Of a DNA stretch of 64,000 nucleotides, positions 43,446 through 55,600 are shown in pieces. This DNA comes from the human T2T-CHM13v2.0 reference genome, Homo sapiens, in the NCBI RefSeq assembly GCF_009914755.1, contig NC_060927.1; one strand, written 5' to 3'. The first letter of the stretch is position 1; the number at the start of each line of letters is the position of its first letter. Position numbers and translations under genes: made by a program. The notes under the pieces were generated by a model that was given only the letters and a program-made list of their open reading frames with translations, made no database searches and was not told the DNA's origin.

Positions 43446-44382
43446 TTCATGTTTTTTTCTTAAGGCTGAATAGAATTTCATTTTGTGTATATACTACATT
43501 TTAAAAATTCATTCTTCCATTGATGGAGAGTCAGGTTGTTTACATATCTTGTCTATTATGAATAATGCTGCAATGAACATGGGAGTGCAGACATCCCTTC
43601 AGCTGATTTTCTTTTCTTTAAATATATATCCAGTAGTGGGATTGCTGGATCTTGTGGTAATTCCACTTTTAGTTTTTGGAGAAACCTCCATAACATGTCC
43701 CAAAATGGTCATACTAATTTACCTTACCACCAACAGTGCATAAGGGTTCCTTTTGCTCCACATCTTTGCCAACATTTGTTATGATTCCTTGTTTTGAATA
43801 TAGCCAATCTAACAGGTGTGAGGTGATAGTTCATTGTGGTTTTAATTTGCATTTCTTTGATAGTTAGAGATGTTGAACATTGTTGTCGTATGTCTGTTGG
43901 TCATTTGTATGTCTTGTTTTGAGAAATGTCCATTCAAGTTCTTTGCCCATAGAACATTATATTAAATGAAATAAGCCAGGCACAGAGAGGCAAAGACCAT
44001 ATATGTGGTCTCAGTTATATATGGAATCTAAAAAAAGCTGAATTCAAAGAAACAGAGAGTAGAATGGTGGTTACCAGAGGCAGATGAGGGAAGTGGGGGT
44101 GGATGGGAAAAGGGGAGACATTGGTCAACAAGTATGGAACTTCAGTTAGACAAGAGGAATAAGTTCTGGTGTTCTGTTGCACAGTTAATAATAATGTATT
44201 ATGTATTTCAAAATGGCTAAAGGAGGATTTTCAATGTTTTCATCACAAAGAAATGACAAATATTTGAGGTGATGAATATGTAATTATTCTGATTTGATCA
44301 TGCCACAATGTATACATGTATTGAAATATCCCTTTGAACCCCATACATATATACAATTGTTATCTGCCAATTTAAAATAAAC
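43446..44382 (+). mobile_element. L1MA with a 5' inversion (twin priming)
   Basis: 43446-43950 is antisense L1 and 43951-44382 is the sense L1MA 3' end. Degenerate TSD (14/16) at 43430-43445 and 44383-44398. Confidence 0.8.
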
Positions 44383-45152
44383 AAAAAATGTGGAAAATGC
44401 TCCTTATCAAAGCCTCTTCTTATAGATTTACAACACACACATGCATACTAAAGACTAGGAGAAATCTTGTACTAAAGAAAGCTTAACATTTTTTAACCCT
44501 GTGTTGCCCAGGTTTTTTTTGATCACAGAATTCCTTTTAGTCAAAATACCTATTAATATCCTGCAGAATTTCTGTTCAGAAGAAGGGTATTACTGTACTG
44601 ATTACCAAAGATCTTCCCAGGATTGGCATTTGAGTGAATAGAATGCTTGTAAATAGAGGTCTGAGCAGAATTCATGGGAAGTCACAAAGGAGGGATTCGT
44701 TCGAACTGGGGATTCAGGGAAGAGGTGGCATTTGAGCCGCGTCTTGAGGGATAGGAAGGCTTTCAACAAATTAAGAAAAGGAAATAGAAAATTCCAGGAA
44801 GAGGTAACATGTATGCCATGTTAAGGAAAGTTTAGTGTGCTAGAATGTGAATTTGTTGGAGAATAGTTGTGAAACAAGACTGAGAACAAAGCTTGAGGCC
44901 AGATGTCATGGGTGTACTTTGTCATTCTGTCTTTCTCAGCACTGTTCTTCTCCTGATACCATCAAGGAGGCTTTGGTCACTTTGTATAAATGATGGGGCA
45001 GGGAGATAAAATGTCAGGAAGAAGCATCGCAAGAGCAGTGGTTCTCAGTGGAGATGGGAGGATCTATGCTCTCCTTCTCCACTTTAACCAGTATAGATAG
45101 AGGTGTGGTGTCTGCCTGTTTTTTGGGTTCTGCTTTTACTAGTGTTTCAAGT

Positions 45153-45514
45153 TGCTATGGTTTGAATGTTTGTGTCTCTCAAAAATTCATACATAGAAAC
45201 CCCAATCTCCAATGTGATGGTGTTTGGAGATGAGGGCTTTAGAAGACAGGATGGAGACCTCATAATGGGATTAGTGACCTTATAACAAGAGAGTCCAGGG
45301 AACTAGCTTTCCCTCTCTTTCTGCTCTCTACCATGTGAGGACACAAGAGAAGATGGCCATCTGCAAACTAGGAAGAGGGCCTTCACCAGAAGTCAACTAT
45401 GCTGGCACTCTGACCTTGGACTTTTCAGCTTCCAAACTATAAGAAATACATTTCTGATGTGTAAGTCATGCAGTCTATGGTATTTTATTATAGCATCCCA
45501 GGCCGACTGAGACA
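45153..45514 (+). mobile_element. Solo MaLR LTR (MLT1A/MST-like)
   Basis: 'tgctatggtttgaatgtttgtgtc...ccatgtgaggacac...gactgagaca', about 360 bp with TG...CA termini. Confidence 0.85.
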
Positions 45515-46034
45515 CAAACCTTGAGTTTTCAGAAACTTAGTGCACATCTCGTGTCTTTGCCTGCCTCTAATCCACTCCCTCCTATCCTAACAATAACCTT
45601 TCCATTTTCCTTGGGGACACCTGTTACCCAACCCTCAAACCATGTGATTTACTCCATTCTTCAACTGCTGGGTGGTCATATGATCCAGTCCTGGCCTATC
45701 AGCATGTTTTATTTAGGGATGAGAATATAAACCAAGTTAGCCTAAAGGGGCTCAGTTATGGGACCTTAACTGATTTTTAAATGATTGGGGACAACAAGCT
45801 CCTTGTCAGTCCCCAGAATGTGAAGGTGAGGCTAGAGATGCTGTAGCTTCTATCTGGAGACAACAGCCAAAAAGAGAAGTCAGCACACAGTTGAGAAGCA
45901 AGGGGAGCAGAGGAGAGGCTGAGTCCTGTACCTGGACCAATCAAATATACCTAAGCTAATTAAACATTTATTTTTTACCTGAAAACTCCATGGCTAATAA
46001 AAGAGGTGCGTGAATATTAAAATTTTTGCTTCCT

Positions 46035-46342
46035 TTTGGTTTGTTTGTTTTGTTTTGTTTAGAGACAGGGTCTTGCTTTGTCACCCAAGCTGTACTTCAG
46101 TGGCATAATTACAGCTCCCTGTAACTTCAAATGCCTGGGCTCAAGGGATCCTCCCACCTCAGCCTCCCAAGTAGCTAGGACTACAGGCGCATGCCACCAC
46201 ACCCAGACAATTTTTAAAAGTTTTTGTAGAGAAGGTCTCCCTAGGTTTCCCAGGCTGGTCTTGAACTCTTGGGTTCAAGCAATCCTCCTGTCTTGGCCTC
46301 CCAAAGCATTGGGATAACAGGCGTGAGCCATCACTCTGGGCT
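46035..46342 (-). mobile_element. AluJ
   Basis: (TTTG)n tail, 'gagacagggtcttgc', 'cctgggctcaagggatcctcc'. Confidence 0.88.
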
Positions 46343-47044
46343 TGAATTTTGCTCTTGATGAAGACTGATCTCTGTTTTAATGAGGTGTAAACATGAAGCA
46401 ACTTCTCAGAGTTCTTCAAGTAACTAGGGAGTTGTTGTAACTCCAATCAGAGTTCAGCGAGGATCTCAAAGTTAAAAGAGAGACAAATAAAAAGATAAAA
46501 AATGGGGGTGGCATGGAGAAAGAGAGGAAGGTGGGTGGGGGAAGAGAGGGAAGGAAAAGAGAGGAACATTTCTGATAGGACAGCTTTTCACTGTGTAGGA
46601 TATTAAGTCCTAAAAATCAGTACTTTCACCCTTTTTGATCATTCTCTGCTTGGCTGTTAAAGCAAGATCATTCCATCTGATTTACAAAACTGTAGCTCTG
46701 TTAAAAGGCCAGGAAAAAATGAAGACCCGATATCTTCTCCTGAGATGATTTCTTCTCTTTGTTCTTCATTAAGCCTCTCTCCTTTATTCACTCTTCTTCC
46801 CTTGTTTTTTTATTGATATTGTTTACTGTGTGACTCACACCTTCAACCTTTATCACAAATCAAATCTATTAGGAGTTTGGAAGGCATCCCCACCAATGGA
46901 GAGGCCCTGGCTATTTTTTTTTTAACTTAGCAGTATTCTACTGGATTTTACAGCTATTGATTTCATAGTCCACTCTGGATTTTACTACAACAGCACACTA
47001 ATTTTCCATCCTGTCGAAAGAGAATTTGACGCTTTACCCTGGAT

Positions 47045-47930
47045 CATTTCACATTTCTTACCTGGGAGACATTGGAACACAAGAAGATTCAGCCTTGATT
47101 GTAGCAAGTGTGTGTGCACATGCCTGTGAGTTTGCATGCTTGTACTCACACGTGCCTACACAGACCTTGTGTTTGTGTGATCATTTAATTTTCTCTCAGT
47201 ATAAACAAAGGTGACTGAACTATTTCAGCCATAAGATTTATCTCTTGATAGAGTCTGGCAAGACCCTTCACAACACTTTTTAAAGGAGTTGTTCCATAAC
47301 ATTATTAGGTGATTGAAATGCAACTGACTACATTAAAAAATACAGTTCTCCACCACATAATGATGTTTTGGTCAATGGCGAACCACATATATGATGTTGG
47401 CCTCATAAGACTATAATACTGTAATTTTACTGTACTTTTTCTATGTTTAGCTATGTTTAGATACACAAATACTTAACATTGTATTCATTTCACATTTCAC
47501 ATTTCTTATCTGGGAGACATTGGAACACAAGAAAATTCAACCTTGATTGTAGCAAGAGTGTGTGCACATGCCTGTGAGTTTGCATGCTTGTACTCACACG
47601 TGCCTACACAGACCTTGTGTTTGTGTGATCATTTAATTTTCTCTCAGTATAAACAAAGGTGACTGAACTGTTTCAGCCATAAGATTTATCTCTTGAAAGA
47701 GTCTGGCAAGACCCTTCACAACACTTTTTAAAGGAGTTGTTCCATAACATTATTAGGTGATTGAAATGCAACTGACTACATTAAAAAATACAGTTCTCCA
47801 CCACATAACGATGTTTTGGTCAACGGCAAACCACATATATGATGCTGGCCTTGTAAGAGTATAATACTATAATTTTACTGTACTTTTTCTATGTTTAGCT
47901 ATGTTTAGATACACAAATACTTACCATTGT
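47045..47930. repeat. Tandem duplication, 2 x 438 bp (47045-47482 and 47493-47930)
   Basis: Manual alignment gives a period of 448, about 15 substitutions, and a 10-nt junction attcatttca. Confidence 0.95.
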
Positions 47931-48139
47931 GTTACAATTGCCTGCAGTATTTAGTACAGTAACGTGCTGTACAGGTTTGTAGCCTAGGGGCAATAGGCTT
48001 TACCATAGAGCTTAAGTGTGTAGTAGGCTAAACCATCTAGGTTTGCATAAGTGCACTTTATGATGTTCACACAGTGACAAAAATTGCTTAATGATGCATT
48101 GCTCAGAATGCATCACTGTTGGCAAGTGATACATGACTG
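47791..48139 (+). mobile_element. Tigger3a-like Tc1/mariner MITE, complete; its 5' 140 bp is also duplicated at 47343-47482
   Basis: cagt...actg termini flanked by TA on both sides, about 350 bp, internal 'ctgtacaggtttgtagcctagg'. Confidence 0.85.
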
Positions 48140-48489
48140 TATCATGTTAGAATCTAAGGTTTCCCAGCTCAGACTTCTTCAGTTCTCTTAAGTCCACAAT
48201 GCTCTCTGGTAATGTGAGTTGAGGAGCAGCTGGAGGCCAGACTTCTCCAGGGCTCCTTTCCTGTTTCTGACAATGCATGGAAGACACGTTCTGGCTGGCA
48301 GCTAGCTAATCATCCATGACCTTCAGCATCTAACTGCCTGGATTATGGATTAAAATTTTTATAATTTAACATCTGATCCCAAAATGTTTGTCTTTCCTTC
48401 TCCAGAGCCTCCATGATGGTCCCTCTCTTTATCTCTCTCAAGGTCCAAATGGAGTAGATTTTATCAGAGCACCTTGGCTCACATGTCTG

Positions 48490-48965
48490 GCAGGTCCCTC
48501 TTCAGCTTCCTATCACTTTCTGGATTATAACTTAACTCCTTAGCAGGACACTTGAGGCCTTCTTGTACCTGGCCCTTACTGTGTCTCCAACCTCTTCTCA
48601 CCCCCCTCATCCTGGAACTCAGCCATGCCAGACTCTGTGCAAGGTCATACATTTCAGGCTGCTTCATACTCTAGTCTCCAGTCACCTGGGGACTTCCTTC
48701 TCATCTTTCAGAATACCTGGCATGAAGCCCTTTTTGACCCCACTCAGGTGTATTGGCTAACCTCTCCTCTGTGTGAACAGATTTTCACAGCAACTGTGAC
48801 TATCTAGTTTAATTAATTAAACAACTAATTAAAGTACAGGGATCTCTTTCTCTAAACAGTCAGCTCCCATGAAGGGCTATATCTCGTTTACCTCTCTATC
48901 TCCAACACTTAGCACAATACCTGAACCATAGAGGAGCTCGGAACATATTTGTTGAATAAAAGAAT
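48490..48965 (+). mobile_element. L2 3' fragment
   Basis: Ends 'cttagcacaatacctgaaccatagaggagctc...atatttgttgaata'. Confidence 0.6.
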
Positions 48966-50501
48966 GGAGCAGAGAAATAATACTCTTGATAGTTCATGTT
49001 AGAAAGAAATCACCATGATAATGTTCTATGTCTCAACAGGGATTTTCCTTTTACAGGCATGTATATTTGCTAAAACTCATTGAATAGTACACTTAAAATT
49101 CATGCAATCCACTCTATGTGAATTTTGCCTAGGGAAAAAATACTATAATCGAACCCTGAACTCTAATTAATGACAAGCAGGATGATATGCTTAAGAGTAA
49201 AGTATACTGAGGTCTGCAACTTACCTTAAAATGTACTAAAAAATAAGATGGCTTGATGAAAGGATAGAAGGATAGATAAATGGATAGCAAATATAGCAAA
49301 CTGTTAGTTGTAGAATCTGCATGGTGGGTGTATGGGTGTACACTCCACAATTCTTGCAACTTGTCTATATGTTTGAAAAAGTTCATAATAAAATGTTGGA
49401 AATAAGAAGTCACCAAAGGATGTATTTTTTGCCTATAGAATTGAGACACTCAGGGATCAGTTCTGGAGCAACTCAAACCCTTACAGATTGGTCCATGGCA
49501 ATTCCTCTAAAATTCTCCATGTACAGCGCTTCCTTACCACCTGAGATTCCCAGCAGCCACTCAGTCTCCTATCCTCAAAGCTTGCTCTCTGTCATTCTCG
49601 GCTTCTGATCCTGCCTTCTTGGTCCCTCCCTTATTCCTGCTTTCTTTGTAGGGAGCAGCCGCACAGAAAGGACTATGGACACATCTTGTTCCTCTGCTGA
49701 GACAGCTTCTTAGTTCTTTGCTTTTTTTTTAAATTGAAAATCTATTCAGGCGGCTCTTGTCCTTTTTCTTCTCAGAGAGTTGAGGAGGGAGACGGAGCTA
49801 AGTACAAAACATTCAAAGCTCTGTACTGAAATTACAAAGGGGAAAACTGGGATACTCCCACATGAAAATGTTTACCAAAGGGAATGAATTACTTCTTTCC
49901 CTTCAAATACAGAAGAGAAGAAACTGAAGACGACAAATGTTTTCTTTGGAAAAGGAATATGGTTTCTTTTACTGTGATTTTCTCTTCCTCATATTTTATT
50001 ATTGGCAGAAAATACTATTATAAAAAAAGAGTACCCGCACCCCCTCCCCTAAAACACATGAAATACATGAATTCAGCTGTCTTTGGGCAAGAATATTTAG
50101 AAAACAAAATTAGGTAGCAACAGAATGCATCCTTTCCATGCCTATAAACCTCAAGTAAGCACTCTTTTAGCTTCCAGTTGGTATTTAATCAGCATACCAT
50201 AACTTTTATGGGGCTGAAATGAAATGCTTCTGAGACACTAAATTTCAAGTGCTGCTGTAAACTTTGGTCATCTGAGTTTGATTTACATATGATGGCCCCA
50301 TCCGCTGTGATGATGGGGATAATGACTATTGTTGGAGTTGATCATCTGGGAAAATACACACACATAGACATACACGCCACTGTAGTCTTCATCTGCTTGG
50401 TATCTTTAGCATATTAGACAGACAGGAAGTAGCAAAGATGAATCACAACTTCAATCTATCAAAAATAAGCATAAGTTACATGAATTTTAAGGTGACAACA
50501 G

Positions 50502-50990
50502 TGTATCAGTTAGGAAGCTTCTATTGGAAAGTAACACATGAGCTTAAATAACAAAGAAAATTTATTAATTCATGTAACTAAAAAGTCTAGGCTTAGGTAA
50601 AGCCTAATCCAACAGTTCATGAATCATCAGGATCCTGGCTTAATTTCTTTGTAATTCTCTAGGTTTTGGCTTCATTCTCAAGCTGATTTTCCTCATCGTA
50701 GTAAAATGTCTGGAGGAGTATTAGAGTTCCTATTTCCAGAGCAGGAGAGAGAGCCCTTGACCCAGCAATTCCGACAAAAGTCTTGAGATTTATTTTGATT
50801 GGGCTTCTTGAGGTTGTATAATGCACCAGGTAATGAATCACTGTGGTCCTGTGGCCAGGTGGGTGGAATGTGCTGATTTGTGTAGCCTAAGTCATGAACC
50901 CTGGGGCCAGAGAGTGAAGTGAGCTTCCTTGGAACCACATAGATCCCCATATGGACTCCCATATGCAAATGGGGCTTGTAGAGAAGACAG
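50502..50990 (-). mobile_element. Old MaLR LTR (MLT1K-like)
   Basis: 'tgtatcagttagg...cttaaataacaaagaaaatttatt...aagtctagg...tgctgatttg'. Confidence 0.55.
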
Positions 50991-53900
50991 AGGTGCTGGG
51001 GAAGTTTGCACTACATATATAGTGATATATATATGCCTACTAAAAATCATCAACTTCCTTCCTGTGACTTCACTGAAGTCAAGTTTCTACAATGAAAATC
51101 AAATAATAAATAACAGACATTATTTTCTCTTCTATGCAAAGACAAAAATCAAATACGTTGAAGATATGAAAAGACTTATTAGAAACAGGCAGTGTTTTTT
51201 ATTCCAATTGAACAGACTGGTACCTTCTTTATTTCTATTTATCTTACTAAAATGACATTATGTGTATCTATTCTATCTCCGTTGATTCATTTGTCATTAA
51301 CAACTTCCCAGGTCAGTGTGTACAGAAAGGAGTAATATAGGAATGATGGGGGGTAGCATATATGGTGAGGGAGGAGCATTTAATATGTTCCAAAGTGTAG
51401 GGGAAGGGAACTAACATTTACTGAGTACACACAGCAGCAGGTCAGCTAGACCGTTATAACTATTGTTGCTTTTTTTTTTTTTAACGAGAAAATACTAAAA
51501 GTGAAGAATTGAAGCTGGAAGAGAAAGAAATGTGCTGCAAAAGGTAAAAATGTTCAGGGAAAAGATAAGGGAAGAGAAAATCCTCTACCCAGAAGAAGAT
51601 GGAGATAGGATTAGAACAGGATTCAAAAAATATGTGGTTAGTTTGGACTCTTCCTTTATTTGTGGGGTTTCCATACTGTAAACTCCATAAAAAGCAGAGC
51701 AATGTTGTGAAAACATCATTGAGTTGGAAACTAGGACACCTGAGTCAACCATGCCCTGGCCACTGCTACATGTGTGACCTTGAACAGGATGCTTAACCTC
51801 TTCTCTTTGCAAGACAATATTTCTTTGTGATTTTGAGTTCCTGAAGGTGAAAACATAATCCAGAGAATGAGGATGAGAACTGAAGAAATTAAGAGTTACT
51901 ACTCAGAAGGGGTGGACACTCAGTAACAAAATTTGGCTGAATAAATGACCAATGAGTTGGACGTTTCTTTTGATCTATTAATATTTATCAATCATCTATT
52001 TATTGATTTATTTGTATATCTATCTATGTATCATCTATATTCTTTATTGAATTTTGCAACAGTTGAGGATGCATGTAGAAACCTGTATAATAAAATAATG
52101 AAATATAAATGTAAAAATTTGGAGCTCTTAGAAACTTGATATAGGTTTGTGAGCCAAAAGACCAAACTCAGTTCCCATAATTGAGCTGTAAGTTTGGCTC
52201 TGAGCTTTCCAGAAGGTGAAGGAAAAAAGGAAAAAATAACTTGCTTAAAAATTTTTAATAACCATAAGCATTACAAATACTAGTTCCTTAGAAGGGGAAA
52301 CCAAACTTTTTATAGAAATTAGTTCTAAAAGGAAATTTCTCACATGGGGTGAGGGAAGCATGTTAAATGAAGGGACTGCAGCCCAACGCAATGAAAGACA
52401 ATAGCCAAAGAACAGTGTAAATGCTGTATTTTTTACAAAATTTAGCTCAGGTTAGTACAGAAACTAAGAGCACATTAAAGATACAGTAACATGAAGTGAC
52501 AATGGGCTGACATTGACAGAAAATAAGTCTTTCTAGAGAGAATTCCCAAGTTGGAGAAATGGTTAGAGTTTTGGAGGCACTTGTGATGAAGTAATTTGTG
52601 AAATGAGGAGTGCTGCTGGCTGCTGATAAGCACAACTGGGTATCCATCCTGTCTCAAAGGCCAAGGCTAGGAAGATACATCTTCAGCCCACCTCTCTCCT
52701 CTCTACTTACAACCACATTTGCTGCAAGCAGTCCCATGTACCAGGCCTGAGTGAGCCTCAGGTTAGCCTCTTGGCAGCCTAATCACAGCTAGACTGGATC
52801 CAGACAGTGGCATACAGGGAGGTATCTGGCCTAGAGTTGACCTTGGTATTGGCATGTTTTCTAGATTGGGCAAGATAAATTGGTTCCTTGAGGAGCTTGT
52901 TGCCTTGAGGGGAGCTGAGAAGCAGCTGTGGTAACAAGAGTAGAAAATCATCCTCACAGACTTCTCTCTAAATGGGCCCACACTGTCCCCACTGAGAGTG
53001 AGTGAGAAGACTTCCTCAAGGGGTGCTTTGGTGACCCAAGTGAAGGACCCTGAGTCATGTTTTGGGCCATGGCATTGAAGAAGCAGTACTTCTAGGCAAG
53101 AGTAGTGACTGCAGTGGTGGTTAGTGCCATCTCTAATGGGAAGGCCAATCTCAGCAGACATATGGGAAGGGCTGTGAGGTGCAGCCACATTACCCCTGAG
53201 ATCTTTCCTCCATTATCAACCCTGGACAAATGAAAGTTGGGCTTGTTAAGGGAGTTGGCAGAATCTCCCATAACATAAGTGAAGCCGACTCTCAAGTTGG
53301 TGGTACATATGGAAGAGAGATTACAACATATGTTGCATTCAAGGAATGGAAACCTGTACAAATGTTAGAATGCATAAGGAATGTCCTGGGCTCTGACTGA
53401 TAAATTAGCAACTTCACTCTCTTGGGAAAGTCCTAAGAAGGAGGTAAAAAGAGGTACTCTAACATTGAAAGAGGAAAATGAACGTTTTCCTCTTCCTACA
53501 GAAGTGTCTACAACTTGATCAGGTATTTATTCAGATGCATTAAGTTATGAAGAAATAACCACACTCTGACACATCCACAAGTATGTTCTTTGTGTGTGTG
53601 GAGTATTGGAGTGAGCAAAAAGAGTGGACTCTTGATAAAAATTAGGAAGTAGCCTAACAGTTATATAATATTCTGCAATTTCATGTAGCAGTAGAACTGG
53701 AAGTGGAATGATTCTGCTGTATAATCATATGTGATTTCAATTGTCATTAGATTTTTCATATGTATTTAATTTTCTCAGATTGAAAGTGTGTGGAGGACAG
53801 GAACTGTGTATTTGGTAGAGTAAGTATTCAAAGGAAGTTAGATTTCAATATTTCCTTATGTTTTCCCTAGACTGGTGTTATGTAAAATTGAACCTCGATG

Positions 53901-54000
53901 ACTATATTTTTAAAATGGATTTTCAATAATATTACCATCTTTTGGTTAACTTCGTGTTAGTGTTAATTTTCCTTTTTTTTGTTCATCTGGTAACTTTACA

Positions 54001-54543
54001 TTTTTTCTTTTCTTTTAAATTGATACATTATAATTGTATGTATTTATGGGGTACAATTTGGTGTTTTCATACATATATGTGCTATATAATAATCAAATCA
54101 GGGTAGAGTATCCATCACCTCATGTAGGTATTATTTCTTTGTGGTGAGAACATTAAAAAACCCCTCTTCCAGCTGTTTTGTAATATACAGTGCCTTACTG
54201 TTAACCATAGTTACCCTATTGTGCAATAGAAAACTAGAATTTATTTCTCCTATGTAATTGTAACTTTGTACCCATTGACCAATCTGTCTCTGTCATCCTC
54301 TTACCTCCCTCCTCCTCATCTCTGGTAACTGCTGTTCTACTCTCTGCTTCTATGACACCAACGTTTTCTTTCTGAAGATTCTACATATGAGTGAGATCAT
54401 GTGGTATTTGTCTTTCTGTGTCTGGCTTATTTCACTTAACATGATTTCCTCCAGTTTCATCCATGTGATTGCAAATGACAAGATTTTATTATTTTTATGG
54501 CTGAATAATATTCCATTTTTTGTGTGTGTGTGTATATATATAT

Positions 54544-54576
<33 letters not shown>

Positions 54577-55600
54577 TAGTATGTGTATAGACACACACAC
54601 ACACACACTACTTTTTTTCTGTCCATTTATCTATTTTTGGATGTGTACGAGGATTCAATATCATATATATCCAGTAGTGGGATTGCTGCATAATATGGTA
54701 GATCTACTTTTATTTTTTTGAGGAACCTCCATATTGTTTTCCATAGTTGCTGTACTAATTTACATTCCCATCAACAGTGTACAACTGGTCTCCCCAGGGA
54801 GGTGGGGCTGCTGCTGGGACTAGCTATTTGGCCAGGTGTGGATGTGTATAGGCTTGGCAGGCTGGCTGGCTTCCTTCCAGTATCTTCCTCACTGTGCTGG
54901 TCCACCTATTCCTTGGTTGGGGTGGAGGAGTGCCACATGAGTCACATGGGTTTGGACTCTGAGATCTTGGTTGTTCATCAGGCCTAAGCTCCAGGCAGCT
55001 GGGGTAGTGGTACTGCAGACATTCGCATTAAAGGGGTGGAATGATGGCAGAGCCTCACGGATATAAAGAGTCAGTGGTTACTGGCCCCAAGAGCAGTACA
55101 CATTCTAGGAGTGGGTCTGGTTTCAAGATGTCACTGTGCTATAGAAGCTTAAGTCATGGGAATAAGGGTGAAAGGGTAAGGGTTCTACTCTGAGGCCACG
55201 CACCTAAATGAACCCTTGGCAATTCTCCAAACTAAATTTGGGGCCGGAGAAAACTAGGAAACTCTCCTGTAGCAAGGACTGCTTTTGTCTGTGGAGGTGA
55301 TAGGAACTGCTGGTGGTCTCCAGCTTGCCTTTGCCCCCATAAGAGGAAGAATGCCAGACCCCAACGTGATCCCAGTAAGGGAGAAAATGTGGCAGAGGCA
55401 GGATAACTTGCTCTTTTTTCTATGGTGCTATCCTGGGCTTCCATGTTCCACAGGAATTTCACTACCCCCCTGTGCTCTCCAGCATACTTTCTCAGTCACT
55501 GTAGTTGAAATATGGTTGTTTATTTGTTATTTTGATCCCTCTTCATTGGGTGGGGGATGAGCACTGGGCAACTCTAGTAAGTCATCTTGCTGATGTCACT
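54001..55600 (-). mobile_element. Internally deleted old L1 (L1M 5'UTR fused to an L1MA 3' end)
   Basis: The minus strand starts agtgacatcagcaagatg at 55600. 5'UTR-type sequence runs to 54785, then the ORF2 end and 3'UTR run to a T-rich tail near 54001. Candidate TSD tta(g/a)tgttaattt at 53957-53969 and 55602-55614. Confidence 0.7.
54521..54608. repeat. Compound microsatellite (TG)n(TA)n(GA)n...(CA)n
   Basis: Read directly; lies inside the L1MA 3' region. Confidence 0.9.

Noticed and set aside
52680-53380. Non-repeat-looking block with 141-aa and 89-aa ORFs
   Set aside because: No recognisable homology or splice structure; it may be an old LTR-internal relic that I cannot assign.
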